From positions 64,001 through 128,000 of IMG/VR virus record IMGVR_UViG_3300045988_155520: a stretch of DNA of 64,000 bases, one strand, 5' to 3'. The translations under genes were made by a program, and so were the position numbers. Shown here piece after piece: positions 1 through 8,158 of the stretch. Source of the stretch: a virus. The notes below the pieces were generated by a model. It ran no database searches and was not told the origin of the DNA. It worked only from the letters and a program-made list of their open reading frames with translations. Each line of letters starts with the position of its first letter. Positions within the stretch are counted from its first letter, which is position 1.

Positions 1-549
1 ACGAGTACTACCATTTCTAACTATGGCTGTTTTCTTAATTGTATAACTTGCAACATTACCATTGGTATCTCTATTAGCTATCATTTTTCTATTAGAAACA
101 CCCTTTTTATTAAACTGTTCAGCAAAGTTTACATCCTCTATGATTTCAAAATTATAATTACCAGCAGAAACAATACTTCCCATGGTTAGAATAGGTGCGT
201 AATCCCAATTTGGTTGTGATATATTTTGAGGACTTAATGGAAGAACAACACTAATTTCAACCTCACACATAGATGGTTTTCTGCCTGGTATTTTTATACC
301 ATTGGTTCTTGCAATATTCAATAAAGTGCTTTTTAAATTTGCGCTATTAATATTGGTTTCTTGATACATTCTATCCGTGTGATAAGATAAATCATCACCT
401 ACAGCACTCATTAAGTCTATAAACCAAGCACCTACACTTGAATCATTAAAGTCATCGGAAACTTCTGGATAATATTTATTACTAAAATTTATTAGTTCGC
501 TTTTGATATCCTCGAAATTTCTTGCTAAATAATTAATTTTCTTTTCCAT
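1..549 (-). CDS. Baseplate J-like (T4 gp6-like) wedge protein, N-terminal 183 codons; the gene runs off the window start
   Basis: My own minus-strand translation from the ATG at 549 gives MEKKINYLARNFEDIKSELINFSNKYYPEVSDDFNDSSVGAWFIDLMSAVGDDLSYHTDRMYQETNINSANLKSTLLNIARTNG... with no stop down to nt 1. It is absent from the ORF track because no stop lies in the window. The pattern (SDxG..liDl.a..gD.LsY..D....E.....A) is typical of baseplate J N-termini. The gene starts 3 nt after the gp25-like gene. Confidence 0.6.
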   Translation of the reverse strand, partial: MEKKINYLARNFEDIKSELINFSNKYYPEVSDDFNDSSVGAWFIDLMSAVGDDLSYHTDRMYQETNINSANLKSTLLNIARTNGIKIPGRKPSMCEVEISVVLPLSPQNISQPNWDYAPILTMGSIVSAGNYNFEIIEDVNFAEQFNKKGVSNRKMIANRDTNGNVASYTIKKTAIVRNGSTR

Positions 550-552
550 AAA

Positions 553-942
553 TTATAATTGTACAACCATGCTATCTGTAGTACTCTTATTTCCTACACT
601 TATTTCGTAATCTACTCTTACGTAAATTTCTAAGTCGTTTTCTACATTCTTAACAACCTGTATATCGTTTATCTTTACATTGTTTACCCATCTACCAACA
701 GAATCTTTTACTTCGTTCTTAACTGATTCCCATGTAGTTGTATCGTTTGGGTCGAAAATATATTTAATCAAATCTGTACCAAACTCAGGGTTTCTTAAAC
801 GTTGACCTTTTGGAGTGAATATAACATGCATTAATTGGCTTTTTACCTTACCCTTTAATGAATTGTTTAAATCCACGTAAAATTTTTGATAATCCTGAGA
901 TGTGATAGGATAACGTATACCAAAATATTGTTTATTAGCCAT
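553..942 (-). CDS. Baseplate wedge protein, GPW / T4 gp25-like
   Basis: 129 aa. The segment LRNPEFGTDLIKYIFDPNDTTTWESVKNEVKDSVGRWVNNVKINDIQVVKNVENDLEIYVRVDYEI fits the GPW/gp25 pattern (R.P.FG..L....F.p........i...i...w.P.v.i..v.v......l.i.i.y). It lies directly upstream of the J-like gene. Confidence 0.7.
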   Translation of the reverse strand: MANKQYFGIRYPITSQDYQKFYVDLNNSLKGKVKSQLMHVIFTPKGQRLRNPEFGTDLIKYIFDPNDTTTWESVKNEVKDSVGRWVNNVKINDIQVVKNVENDLEIYVRVDYEISVGNKSTTDSMVVQL

Positions 943-1054
943 ATTCTTTTTAACCTTTGATAACTATAATTAGTTGGGTCTTAATTTTTTAAGTAATAAT
1001 ACTATTTTTTATTATATAAAAAATAACTTTTTAATTTGATATCTGTATATAATA

Positions 1055-1086
1055 ATAAAAAAGGCACGTAAATTTCTTTACGTGCC
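1055..1086 (-). terminator. Intrinsic terminator downstream of nrdG
   Basis: 10-bp stem ggcacgtaaa (1063-1072) / tttacgtgcc (1077-1086) with a 4-nt loop. It is followed on the minus strand by a U-run (plus-strand A-run 1057-1062). Confidence 0.6.
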
Positions 1087-1098
1087 ATGTGTTTTTCA

Positions 1099-1590
1099 TT
1101 AATTTAGATTGCTTTGGTGAAATTCTCCTATTTTATCTTTTTCCCATATAATTTGATTTTTAGACCCTCTAAAAGATAGAGTTGTATCTCTCTTGTCTTC
1201 TATATAGCGTCCGTCTACCAAAACATCTATATAAGGAAGTATTTCCTTTCTGTAACATTCTTTAATTTCTTTCAGGGTGTAACCTGTGTAACACCATATA
1301 TCCTTGTCTGGAAACCTCTCTTTTATAGTCTCACAAAACTTCAATACCTCTTTAAAGTAGAAGCCTAACGGGTCTCCTCCTGATAAAGTCAGTCCTTTGA
1401 TATAAGGTTTTGACAGCACCCTGAATATTATCTCTTTGTCTTCATCACTAAATACTCTTCCACTATCTTTGTTCCAAGTATTTTGATTCTGACATCCCAC
1501 ACACTGATGATTACACCCAGAAACCCATAAGGTTACACGGCATCCTAATCCGTTGTTAATATCTGGATAACTTATCCCACTTATATTCAT
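1099..1590 (-). CDS. nrdG: Anaerobic ribonucleoside-triphosphate reductase activating protein (radical SAM)
   Basis: 163 aa with GCRVTLWVSGCNHQCVGCQNQNTW (CxxxCxxC cluster). Size and position immediately after nrdD fit. Confidence 0.9.
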   Translation of the reverse strand: MNISGISYPDINNGLGCRVTLWVSGCNHQCVGCQNQNTWNKDSGRVFSDEDKEIIFRVLSKPYIKGLTLSGGDPLGFYFKEVLKFCETIKERFPDKDIWCYTGYTLKEIKECYRKEILPYIDVLVDGRYIEDKRDTTLSFRGSKNQIIWEKDKIGEFHQSNLN

Positions 1591-1638
1591 AACTTTAACC
1601 TTTTAGATGGTGGTGGTTATTAGCCACCACCACATAAT

Positions 1639-4515
1639 TTAAAACTTCTTTATATGTTTAACTCTATCATCTGATTCTTCTTGTTTGCCTGGATTAAAAG
1701 CAGATTTATAATCACCTGTAAGATATCCAGTTACACGTCTAAGATGAGAGATATGTGTACTACCACAAATAGGACAAACGTCGCCTATATCTCCACAATA
1801 TCCACAATCGTCGCAAGTGTCAATAGGTACATTGATTGCAAAGTATGGGATATCATTATCCATTGCATAATTGACAATAGTTTCAAGAGCCTCTATATTA
1901 TTCTTTGTTGAAGAAGGTAACTCAACATAAGTGATACAACCAGCATTAGAGAAATTAACTAATTGTGCTTCAATGTCAATCTTCTCAAACGGTGTCATCT
2001 CTTCCCAAACAGGAACATGTATAGAATTAGTAAAGTAACACTTGTCATGACGTTTGAACTTAATTCTTCTGTTCTCATCGTACATGATATTACCATGTTC
2101 ATCTTTCTCTGGCAAATTGATATATGTTACATTCTCAACATCACCATACATGTCTTTGAATTTCTTCATCGCTGTATAGCATAGATTCTCAGCAGGAGTG
2201 TAGTATACACCAAAGTTAAGTTTATACTTATTCTTGTATTCAGCTGCTCTCTTGTTGAACAGACCTTCTATCTCCTTTGCAAGAGCCATACCCTCTTCTG
2301 AAACATGATTCTTACCTATCAGTATTTGAAGTGTTTCAGCAAGACCTAACTGACCGATAGCCAATGTTCCATGCTTTAATGCTGAACGTATTCCTTCTTC
2401 TTCCTTATATCCAAGCATTGTGTTATTTTCCCACATAAACTTAGCTGAAGCAGGACTTTGTTTACACATCCACTCGAATCTTTCAAGAAGCATATCCTTA
2501 GATTCACTTATCTTCTTGTCAAGAAGTTTCATAAAGGCTTTTGTTATATCCTCCTTTGTGTATTCAGTGACCTTCAGTGATTCCTTAACCTCCATAGCTA
2601 ATGTTGGCATAATTACAGTAACTGGTGCAAGATTACCACGTCCGTCTTTAATCTGAGGATTCTGACCCTCATCGGCATTAACGTCTTTACCATTATATGT
2701 GCGACAATTGTGAGTTACCGTACCGTCATCCATTAAATAGAGTCTATCACCATCTAACTCAAATCCGTAAAAATCACCTACTTCATCTTCTGTAATTGTT
2801 ATAGTTGAAAGTGTACCATCTTCTTTATAGCCGTTAAATTTAGATTTCATTTCTTCGTTAAGATTCATAAAATCATGAACAGTTATATTGACAGTCATAC
2901 CATATTCTATATCTTTATAAGTTTCGCCACCGACATAAATAAGTGATAAAACATGACCTTCATTTACAACATAAGATTCAGCTCTACTCTGATTAACTTT
3001 AAAAAGTTTATCATTTCCTCTTATCAATGATTCAACAACTCTTGTTTGACCGTTAACACCCATTAACTTATCACCTACCTTAACATCTTGAACCATTTTT
3101 CTTGTTCCGTCTGCCATTACTATTGGTGTGTCTTTTGCATGACATCCCATCGTGGAAGTATAGGTACGTGGGTCATTCTTATCATAACCTTCATTAACAG
3201 ACCAGTCAACATTAACATAATTAGGATATATACGCATAGATGTTGATTTGAGTGCCAACTTGTAAAGGTCATAGTTAGGGTCGCCTTCTTTTCTATTAAT
3301 ACCCTTCATGCACTGGAAGATACTACAAGGGAATATAGCTGTCTTATGGAATTTACCTACACCCTTAATAGAACCTTGTAAAAGAGCTTGAATAACTAAT
3401 CTTCCCTCTGGAAGTGTACAAGTACCATAGTTGATAGATGTAAATGGTAACTGATTACCACTTCTACTTTGTAGTGTGTTTAAGTTGTGGTATAGACCCT
3501 CTACTGCTTGATTGAGTTCATTAAGTGTGTCAAATAAAGCACTTTGATAAAGTTTTGCATCTAACTTATCTTTATTATCAAGTGTAAAATCTTCTTCAGA
3601 TAAACCTGTTTCTTTGAAGAACTCGTTCTTGTAATCTTTGGTAAATTTATCAAGTGATGTTCTTTCTAAACCGTTTTTGTCTTTATAAAATTCTGAAGCA
3701 ATATTGATTATATCTGAATTATAGAATTTATCACTCTGTTTGATATATGCATTTATATAATGCTTCATAAAGCTCTTTCTAAAGAACTTAACCATTGTCC
3801 AATCTAAATGACTACCACTAACACCACCAAACTGCTGTAATGATTGTAACTGGAAAATTACAGCTACTAATTGGAATGCTGTGTTAAGTGAATTTGCAGG
3901 TCTTACATCGGTCTGTCTTGTATTGAACCCATTATTAAGCAAATCATCCAATGGACTGGTTAGACAGTTAGTCATACCTACAGCGTATGAATCAAGGTCG
4001 TGGATATAAATCTCATTGTTTTCATGATTTCTTCTTGCTTTTCTACTCATACAGAAGTCAAGTGCATACTTCTTTGTTACGAGTCTACTTGCTTCACCCA
4101 TTCTTCCACCAAATGAGTATTCATCAACATTTGCATTTTGGTTCTGTACATCTTCTGCCAAAAGTTTCTTCTTTAAACTCTTAGTCAGTTTGCTTTGATT
4201 ATCACGTACCAATTTATGCATATATCTATAGATGATATAAGATTTTGCAACATCCTGATAATCAGATGACATAAGGCATCTTTCTACATTATCCTGTATA
4301 TCTTCAACATCTACAGTTGTTTCACTTTCTTCATTATAAACGTTCTTTAAACATGCTATAATATTTTCAACAGCATTTTTCTTGATATCTTCAAAACTAC
4401 CAGTTTTTGTACTTTCAATATGTTTTCTACAAGAATCAAAAGCACTATCAATGGCTTTTTCTATTTTTCCAAAATGGAATTTTTCTACAGTATTATCTCT
4501 TTTACGAACTAACAT
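1639..4515 (-). CDS. nrdD: Class III (anaerobic) ribonucleoside-triphosphate reductase, interrupted by a mini-intein
   Basis: 958 aa. C-terminal zinc ribbon CDDCGYCG...CPICGS and glycyl-radical motif RRVTGYL. The active-site motif STMG|C...|CRTYNG is split by a Hint-like insert. An NrdG gene lies downstream. Confidence 0.95.
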   Translation of the reverse strand: MLVRKRDNTVEKFHFGKIEKAIDSAFDSCRKHIESTKTGSFEDIKKNAVENIIACLKNVYNEESETTVDVEDIQDNVERCLMSSDYQDVAKSYIIYRYMHKLVRDNQSKLTKSLKKKLLAEDVQNQNANVDEYSFGGRMGEASRLVTKKYALDFCMSRKARRNHENNEIYIHDLDSYAVGMTNCLTSPLDDLLNNGFNTRQTDVRPANSLNTAFQLVAVIFQLQSLQQFGGVSGSHLDWTMVKFFRKSFMKHYINAYIKQSDKFYNSDIINIASEFYKDKNGLERTSLDKFTKDYKNEFFKETGLSEEDFTLDNKDKLDAKLYQSALFDTLNELNQAVEGLYHNLNTLQSRSGNQLPFTSINYGTCTLPEGRLVIQALLQGSIKGVGKFHKTAIFPCSIFQCMKGINRKEGDPNYDLYKLALKSTSMRIYPNYVNVDWSVNEGYDKNDPRTYTSTMGCHAKDTPIVMADGTRKMVQDVKVGDKLMGVNGQTRVVESLIRGNDKLFKVNQSRAESYVVNEGHVLSLIYVGGETYKDIEYGMTVNITVHDFMNLNEEMKSKFNGYKEDGTLSTITITEDEVGDFYGFELDGDRLYLMDDGTVTHNCRTYNGKDVNADEGQNPQIKDGRGNLAPVTVIMPTLAMEVKESLKVTEYTKEDITKAFMKLLDKKISESKDMLLERFEWMCKQSPASAKFMWENNTMLGYKEEEGIRSALKHGTLAIGQLGLAETLQILIGKNHVSEEGMALAKEIEGLFNKRAAEYKNKYKLNFGVYYTPAENLCYTAMKKFKDMYGDVENVTYINLPEKDEHGNIMYDENRRIKFKRHDKCYFTNSIHVPVWEEMTPFEKIDIEAQLVNFSNAGCITYVELPSSTKNNIEALETIVNYAMDNDIPYFAINVPIDTCDDCGYCGDIGDVCPICGSTHISHLRRVTGYLTGDYKSAFNPGKQEESDDRVKHIKKF
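2707..3144 (-). mobile_element. Mini-intein (146 aa, no endonuclease domain) in NrdD at the MGC|R active-site loop
   Basis: Starts CHAKDTPIVMADGTRKMVQDVKVGDKL (block A), has YVVNEGHVLSL (block B-like), and ends GDFYGFELDGDRLYLMDDGTVTHN followed by +1 Cys. Removing it restores STMG-CRTYNG, resembling the conserved NrdD MGCR motif. I mapped the coordinates codon by codon. Confidence 0.8.
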
Positions 4516-4610
4516 TATATGTCTTTTAAAAATTTATTTATTTCTTATTATTGATATCATTAATTTAACAACGTTGTAAGAATAAATATGATATATTTTA
4601 TGTTTCGATT

Positions 4611-4658
4611 AAAAAAATCTGACCATTATCACGCAATATGCAGATAATCAGTCAGATT
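4611..4658 (-). terminator. Intrinsic terminator downstream of the helicase gene
   Basis: Arms aatctgac (4616-4623) / gtcagatt (4651-4658) with further internal pairing (gattatc/gataat). The minus-strand transcript continues into UUUUUUU (plus-strand A-run 4611-4617). Confidence 0.6.
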
Positions 4659-4685
4659 AATTTTTGAAATTTTTTCAAATCATTT

Positions 4686-6920
4686 TTATCCGTTATTTTC
4701 AAAAACTCGTTTGGCTATACTATTAGCAAAATCTTGTTTTTTCACTTGTTTATCTTTATCCCATTGAGACAAACTATCAACAACACTGACATTATCACAT
4801 GAGATTCTACACGTACCATTATTAAACTCAATACCATCAAAGACTTTACCAGCCTTACCTGCTCGGTTCTTAAGAATTGCTATTGTAGCTTTATTGTCTT
4901 CAATATCTTCAATAGTTCTTGCGATTGACATAACAACGTGTGCGACCTGAATCTTCTTAAATGAACCACCTGCTTTATCCATTGTAACAAGTTCTGCATT
5001 AACAGAATCCTTAGTACCTTGTAGAGGAATCCAGAAAGCCATATCCATTTCACCAGCCATTGCTTCAAATTTTCTCATAGTCTTTCCTTCTTTTTCCCAC
5101 TCACTTTGAGTATTTGCATCTCCTTTGTGTTCAAGACATTCAAAGTAGTCAACTATAACAAGGTCTGGTCTAAAACCATTGTTGATTTGCTTTTTAATAT
5201 AGCGTTCAATATCCCACGCTGTTTTCTCACCACTTGGGAAACGATTTATCCTTAGATTCTTGATGAGTTCAGGATAATCTTCTTTATAATGCGACAACTG
5301 ATGTTTTACACTATCAACATAGTCTGGTTTACTTAAATCTTTTGCTTCTATCTCAGTAATACGAGCCAAATGCTTGCGCTGTATCTGCTTAATTCTATCC
5401 TCGAATACAATTTGTAAGACCTTCTTGCCATTTGCAGCTGCATGACCAGCAATTGCGGTTGTCATTGAAGTATTATGTGTAACAATGAAGTAATCTGTCA
5501 AATAAAGATGAGATTCTGAGTCAACCATGATGCATTGTCCATCACAAATAGAATACGGAGTTACAGAAGTGATGTATCTTCTGCATTCCTCTTTTGACGG
5601 ATATATTACTTTACTTTGTTCTTCTTCTCTACCAAATATTTTAATATCTGTTGAATATATTTTAACAAGAACTTTATATACGTCATTATCGTCTCTTTCA
5701 TAAGTTGTAATTCCACCTAATGAGTTAACCAACAATTCAAAATCATTCAATAACTCTTTGTGACGTGTAGTAAACCATGTTTTACCATCTTCATCTACAT
5801 ATCCACCTCCGTCCATCATTCCATTCAGCAATGAAACACGTACAGGTAGTATATTGTAGAGATACTCATATCTAATTCCTGTTGCTTTAAATTCACCAAC
5901 ATCTTTGAGTATTCTATCACCTTCATTTCCCAAGTATAAACCCATTTCGTAAGGTTTTACAGGTATTTCATGAGGATAAAAATCAACAGGAGAGGTAAGA
6001 GGAATTGAAAACATAGGTTCATTTCCTTTATACAGTCCTTTTCCTAATATTTCATCTAAAGATAGGACGTTGTATTCCCCACCATTTTCACTTACACTCC
6101 ATAAATGTTCCTTACCACACTCTGTAAAACTTCCATCGCTGAATGTAACTTTATAAAATTGCCAATTCTTATGAGGAAATACATTTGTTACCTTATGCGG
6201 AAGACCATCTTCTCCTAACACATCATCACCTACCTTTATATCACCCATATGTTTTACACCATATGGAGTAAACACTTTTGAATGATATGGCTGTACTTTA
6301 CCGAATGAAGAAGGTCCAATAATAACACCAAGTTCTCCTTTTGCAATACCACCTTCCAAAACTTCATCAATCATATCAATACCAGTAGGTATTGTAACAC
6401 GATAATCGTCTGAAAGTGTTTCGTTAAGGTTATCAAAAACACCATATCCCATATCGGTAGCGGTACCAAGAGTCATAGCGTTATTGAAAAGTTCATAAAT
6501 TTCATCGTAATTATCAACTTCTCCATTACTTGCTAACTTCTCTATTTTACGAGCGGTTATTAGCATTTGTTGTTGACGAAAGAACTTTTGTGCTCTTTCT
6601 TGAACGAATTGAGAACCGTCTGAAGGGGTGTTTTTGATTTTATCAACTAAAGCAACATACTCTTCTCTTTGGATATCATTATATGCTTTATCTCTTAAAA
6701 GCATCTCCATTATCTCATAAGATGGGTGTATGTCGTTTTTATCGTAATACTCTTTTAGAAGTCCAACAAATATCTTTAGATGTGGGTCAGTGAACTTATT
6801 CTGCTCGATAATAGGGTTTAATTCACAGAAAAATTCTTTGTCTGCCATAAACTCATGTACAAGTTTATATTGATAAGTTTCACCAAGAAATCCTAAAGTA
6901 GCATCGTTATTATTATTCAT
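4686..6920 (-). CDS. Replicative DNA helicase, DnaB / T4 gp41-like, interrupted by an intein in the Walker A loop
   Basis: 744 aa. Walker A is split as GELGVIIGPSSFGK | intein | TSMTTAIAG. Downstream RecA-fold motifs are present (LVIVDYFECL Walker B-like, IPLQGTKDS, ILKNRAG). The mature length would be about 469 aa. Confidence 0.8.
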   Translation of the reverse strand: MNNNNDATLGFLGETYQYKLVHEFMADKEFFCELNPIIEQNKFTDPHLKIFVGLLKEYYDKNDIHPSYEIMEMLLRDKAYNDIQREEYVALVDKIKNTPSDGSQFVQERAQKFFRQQQMLITARKIEKLASNGEVDNYDEIYELFNNAMTLGTATDMGYGVFDNLNETLSDDYRVTIPTGIDMIDEVLEGGIAKGELGVIIGPSSFGKVQPYHSKVFTPYGVKHMGDIKVGDDVLGEDGLPHKVTNVFPHKNWQFYKVTFSDGSFTECGKEHLWSVSENGGEYNVLSLDEILGKGLYKGNEPMFSIPLTSPVDFYPHEIPVKPYEMGLYLGNEGDRILKDVGEFKATGIRYEYLYNILPVRVSLLNGMMDGGGYVDEDGKTWFTTRHKELLNDFELLVNSLGGITTYERDDNDVYKVLVKIYSTDIKIFGREEEQSKVIYPSKEECRRYITSVTPYSICDGQCIMVDSESHLYLTDYFIVTHNTSMTTAIAGHAAANGKKVLQIVFEDRIKQIQRKHLARITEIEAKDLSKPDYVDSVKHQLSHYKEDYPELIKNLRINRFPSGEKTAWDIERYIKKQINNGFRPDLVIVDYFECLEHKGDANTQSEWEKEGKTMRKFEAMAGEMDMAFWIPLQGTKDSVNAELVTMDKAGGSFKKIQVAHVVMSIARTIEDIEDNKATIAILKNRAGKAGKVFDGIEFNNGTCRISCDNVSVVDSLSQWDKDKQVKKQDFANSIAKRVFENNG
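5472..6296 (-). mobile_element. Intein (275 aa) with a LAGLIDADG-type homing endonuclease domain in the helicase P-loop; no Cys/Ser at position 1
   Basis: Begins VQPYHSKVFTPYGVKHMGDIKVGDDVLGEDG (block A-like but residue 1 is Val). Block B is GKEHLW, block F is DGQCIMVDSESHLYL, and it ends FIVTHN with +1 Thr. Two LAGLIDADG-like motifs are present: YEMGLYLGNEGD and LLNGMMDGGGYVDEDG. Excision restores GPSSFGK-TS. Confidence 0.7.
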
Positions 6921-6964
6921 TTCAAATAAAATAATTTATTCATGATAAAAATCATGAATGTTGT

Positions 6965-7000
6965 GAAAATTCGCCCACGCAGTCTTATCCACGTGGGCGA
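6965..7000 (-). terminator. Intrinsic terminator downstream of ORF 7006..7740
   Basis: 9-bp GC-rich stem tcgcccacg (6971-6979) / cgtgggcga (6992-7000), followed on the minus strand by AUUUUC. Confidence 0.6.
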
Positions 7001-7005
7001 TAAAA

Positions 7006-7740
7006 TTAATACAATGTGTTGAAATAATCCTTTGTCTTCTTCGCATACTTCTTTTCAAGCTTACGCATTCTCTTATAATTCTCATAACCAATATTGAAAT
7101 TATAAGTCTTGTACTTACTTGAATCTGAATCATAATAATATTCATCAGAAGTTGAGAAGTTTTCAATAGCTTCTTTAGGAGAAACTTCTCCATGTGTAGA
7201 ACACTGATTACAGATTGTATTTATGATAGCCATCAAAATGTCCTGCTTATCATAAATCATCTCTTTTAAAGCAGACAATTCTAAAGAAAGACGATTATTA
7301 TCCTTAAAGAAGTCTTCTTTATCGTATGTAAACACTTGTCCATTCTTATTTGTAATTCTAACCTTCTTATTAGTAAGGTCAACTCTATCCCTAATCATAC
7401 GTGGATAGCTATAACCATCCCAGATACGTGTAATAACAGGCTTCTTGTTATCACTAATCACAATCTTAAATGTGCATTCCCATGGCTCGCTAAGTGGGGC
7501 AGTAAATTCTTCAGCGACATCAGATGGATTGTAGTAATAGGTAGTATAAATACTACTCTTATCCTTCAAGTCATCATCAATCATTCTTACAATGTCATCT
7601 ACTGTTTCCTTAAACTCCACAGTGTTCATTGAACCCTCAATGTAATTAGGAATTTTAAAATTACGCTTACAAATAATAAAATCGTTTACATAGATAGTAT
7701 AATCAAAACGATACTCCTTGTAATCTTGTTTGTTGTCCAT
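7006..7740 (-). CDS. Hypothetical protein (244 aa) in the replication block
   Basis: Long ORF that fits the gene packing and has a terminator downstream. I recognise no motif. Confidence 0.55.
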   Translation of the reverse strand: MDNKQDYKEYRFDYTIYVNDFIICKRNFKIPNYIEGSMNTVEFKETVDDIVRMIDDDLKDKSSIYTTYYYNPSDVAEEFTAPLSEPWECTFKIVISDNKKPVITRIWDGYSYPRMIRDRVDLTNKKVRITNKNGQVFTYDKEDFFKDNNRLSLELSALKEMIYDKQDILMAIINTICNQCSTHGEVSPKEAIENFSTSDEYYYDSDSSKYKTYNFNIGYENYKRMRKLEKKYAKKTKDYFNTLY

Positions 7741-7785
7741 TAATCTTTTTAATTTAAAATGTTTGACAAAATATAAAAATAAAAA

Positions 7786-8100
7786 CTAAATATCTACAAT
7801 TTTAACAATTCTTCCTACTTCTTCGTAGAGTCTTACACCCCACTTTCCGTTACTATTTTTAATTGATTCTCCCAATCTTAGTTTACCAAGTTTGTTGTGA
7901 GAAACAATATTACCAACAGTCTTATTAAATCTGTTAGTCTTAGTACCTTTCTTTGTTGAGGATGTATATTCCTTATCATAATCATCAAGTACTAATGTTG
8001 ATGATAGATATTCTTTAAGTTCTCTTGTTGTAGCGTGATAATTTTCTTTTTTAGCAAGGTATTTTACCACAAACGGAACTAATTTCTTTTCTTTCCACAT
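7786..8100 (-). CDS. Small protein (104 aa), possibly a winged-helix (Mrr-N-like) DNA-binding protein
   Basis: I moved the start to MWKEKK (ATG 8100). The track's first 11 codons (MYLCINKKNTV) are a translation of the promoter box. The pattern HATTRELKEYLSSTL...TNRFNKTVGNIVSHNKL resembles wHTH N-domains; this is weak. Confidence 0.45.
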   Translation of the reverse strand: MWKEKKLVPFVVKYLAKKENYHATTRELKEYLSSTLVLDDYDKEYTSSTKKGTKTNRFNKTVGNIVSHNKLGKLRLGESIKNSNGKWGVRLYEEVGRIVKIVDI

Positions 8101-8122
8101 GACTGTATTTTTTTTGTTAATG

Positions 8123-8153
8123 CAAAGATACATGGAAAAAGATTTATAACAAA
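8123..8153 (-). promoter_or_regulatory. Bacteroides-type promoter (-33 TTTG / -7 TAnnTTTG)
   Basis: The minus strand reads TTTG(8153-8150)-N19-TATCTTTG(8130-8123), 22 nt upstream of the ATG at 8100. Confidence 0.6.
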
Positions 8154-8158
8154 ATTTT

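Noticed and set aside
4516-4685. tRNA or small RNA genes in the larger intergenic regions (943-1098, 4516-4685, 13439-13609, 36426-36534, 43023-43168, 51154-51304).
   Set aside because: These regions are extremely AT-rich. The only stable structures are the terminator hairpins already listed, with no cloverleaf-compatible GC stems.
6936-7193. 85-aa ORF overlapping the 3' end of ORF 7006..7740 and the terminator hairpin.
   Set aside because: It is out of frame inside a longer ORF and reads through the 6971-7000 stem-loop. Its composition is implausible.
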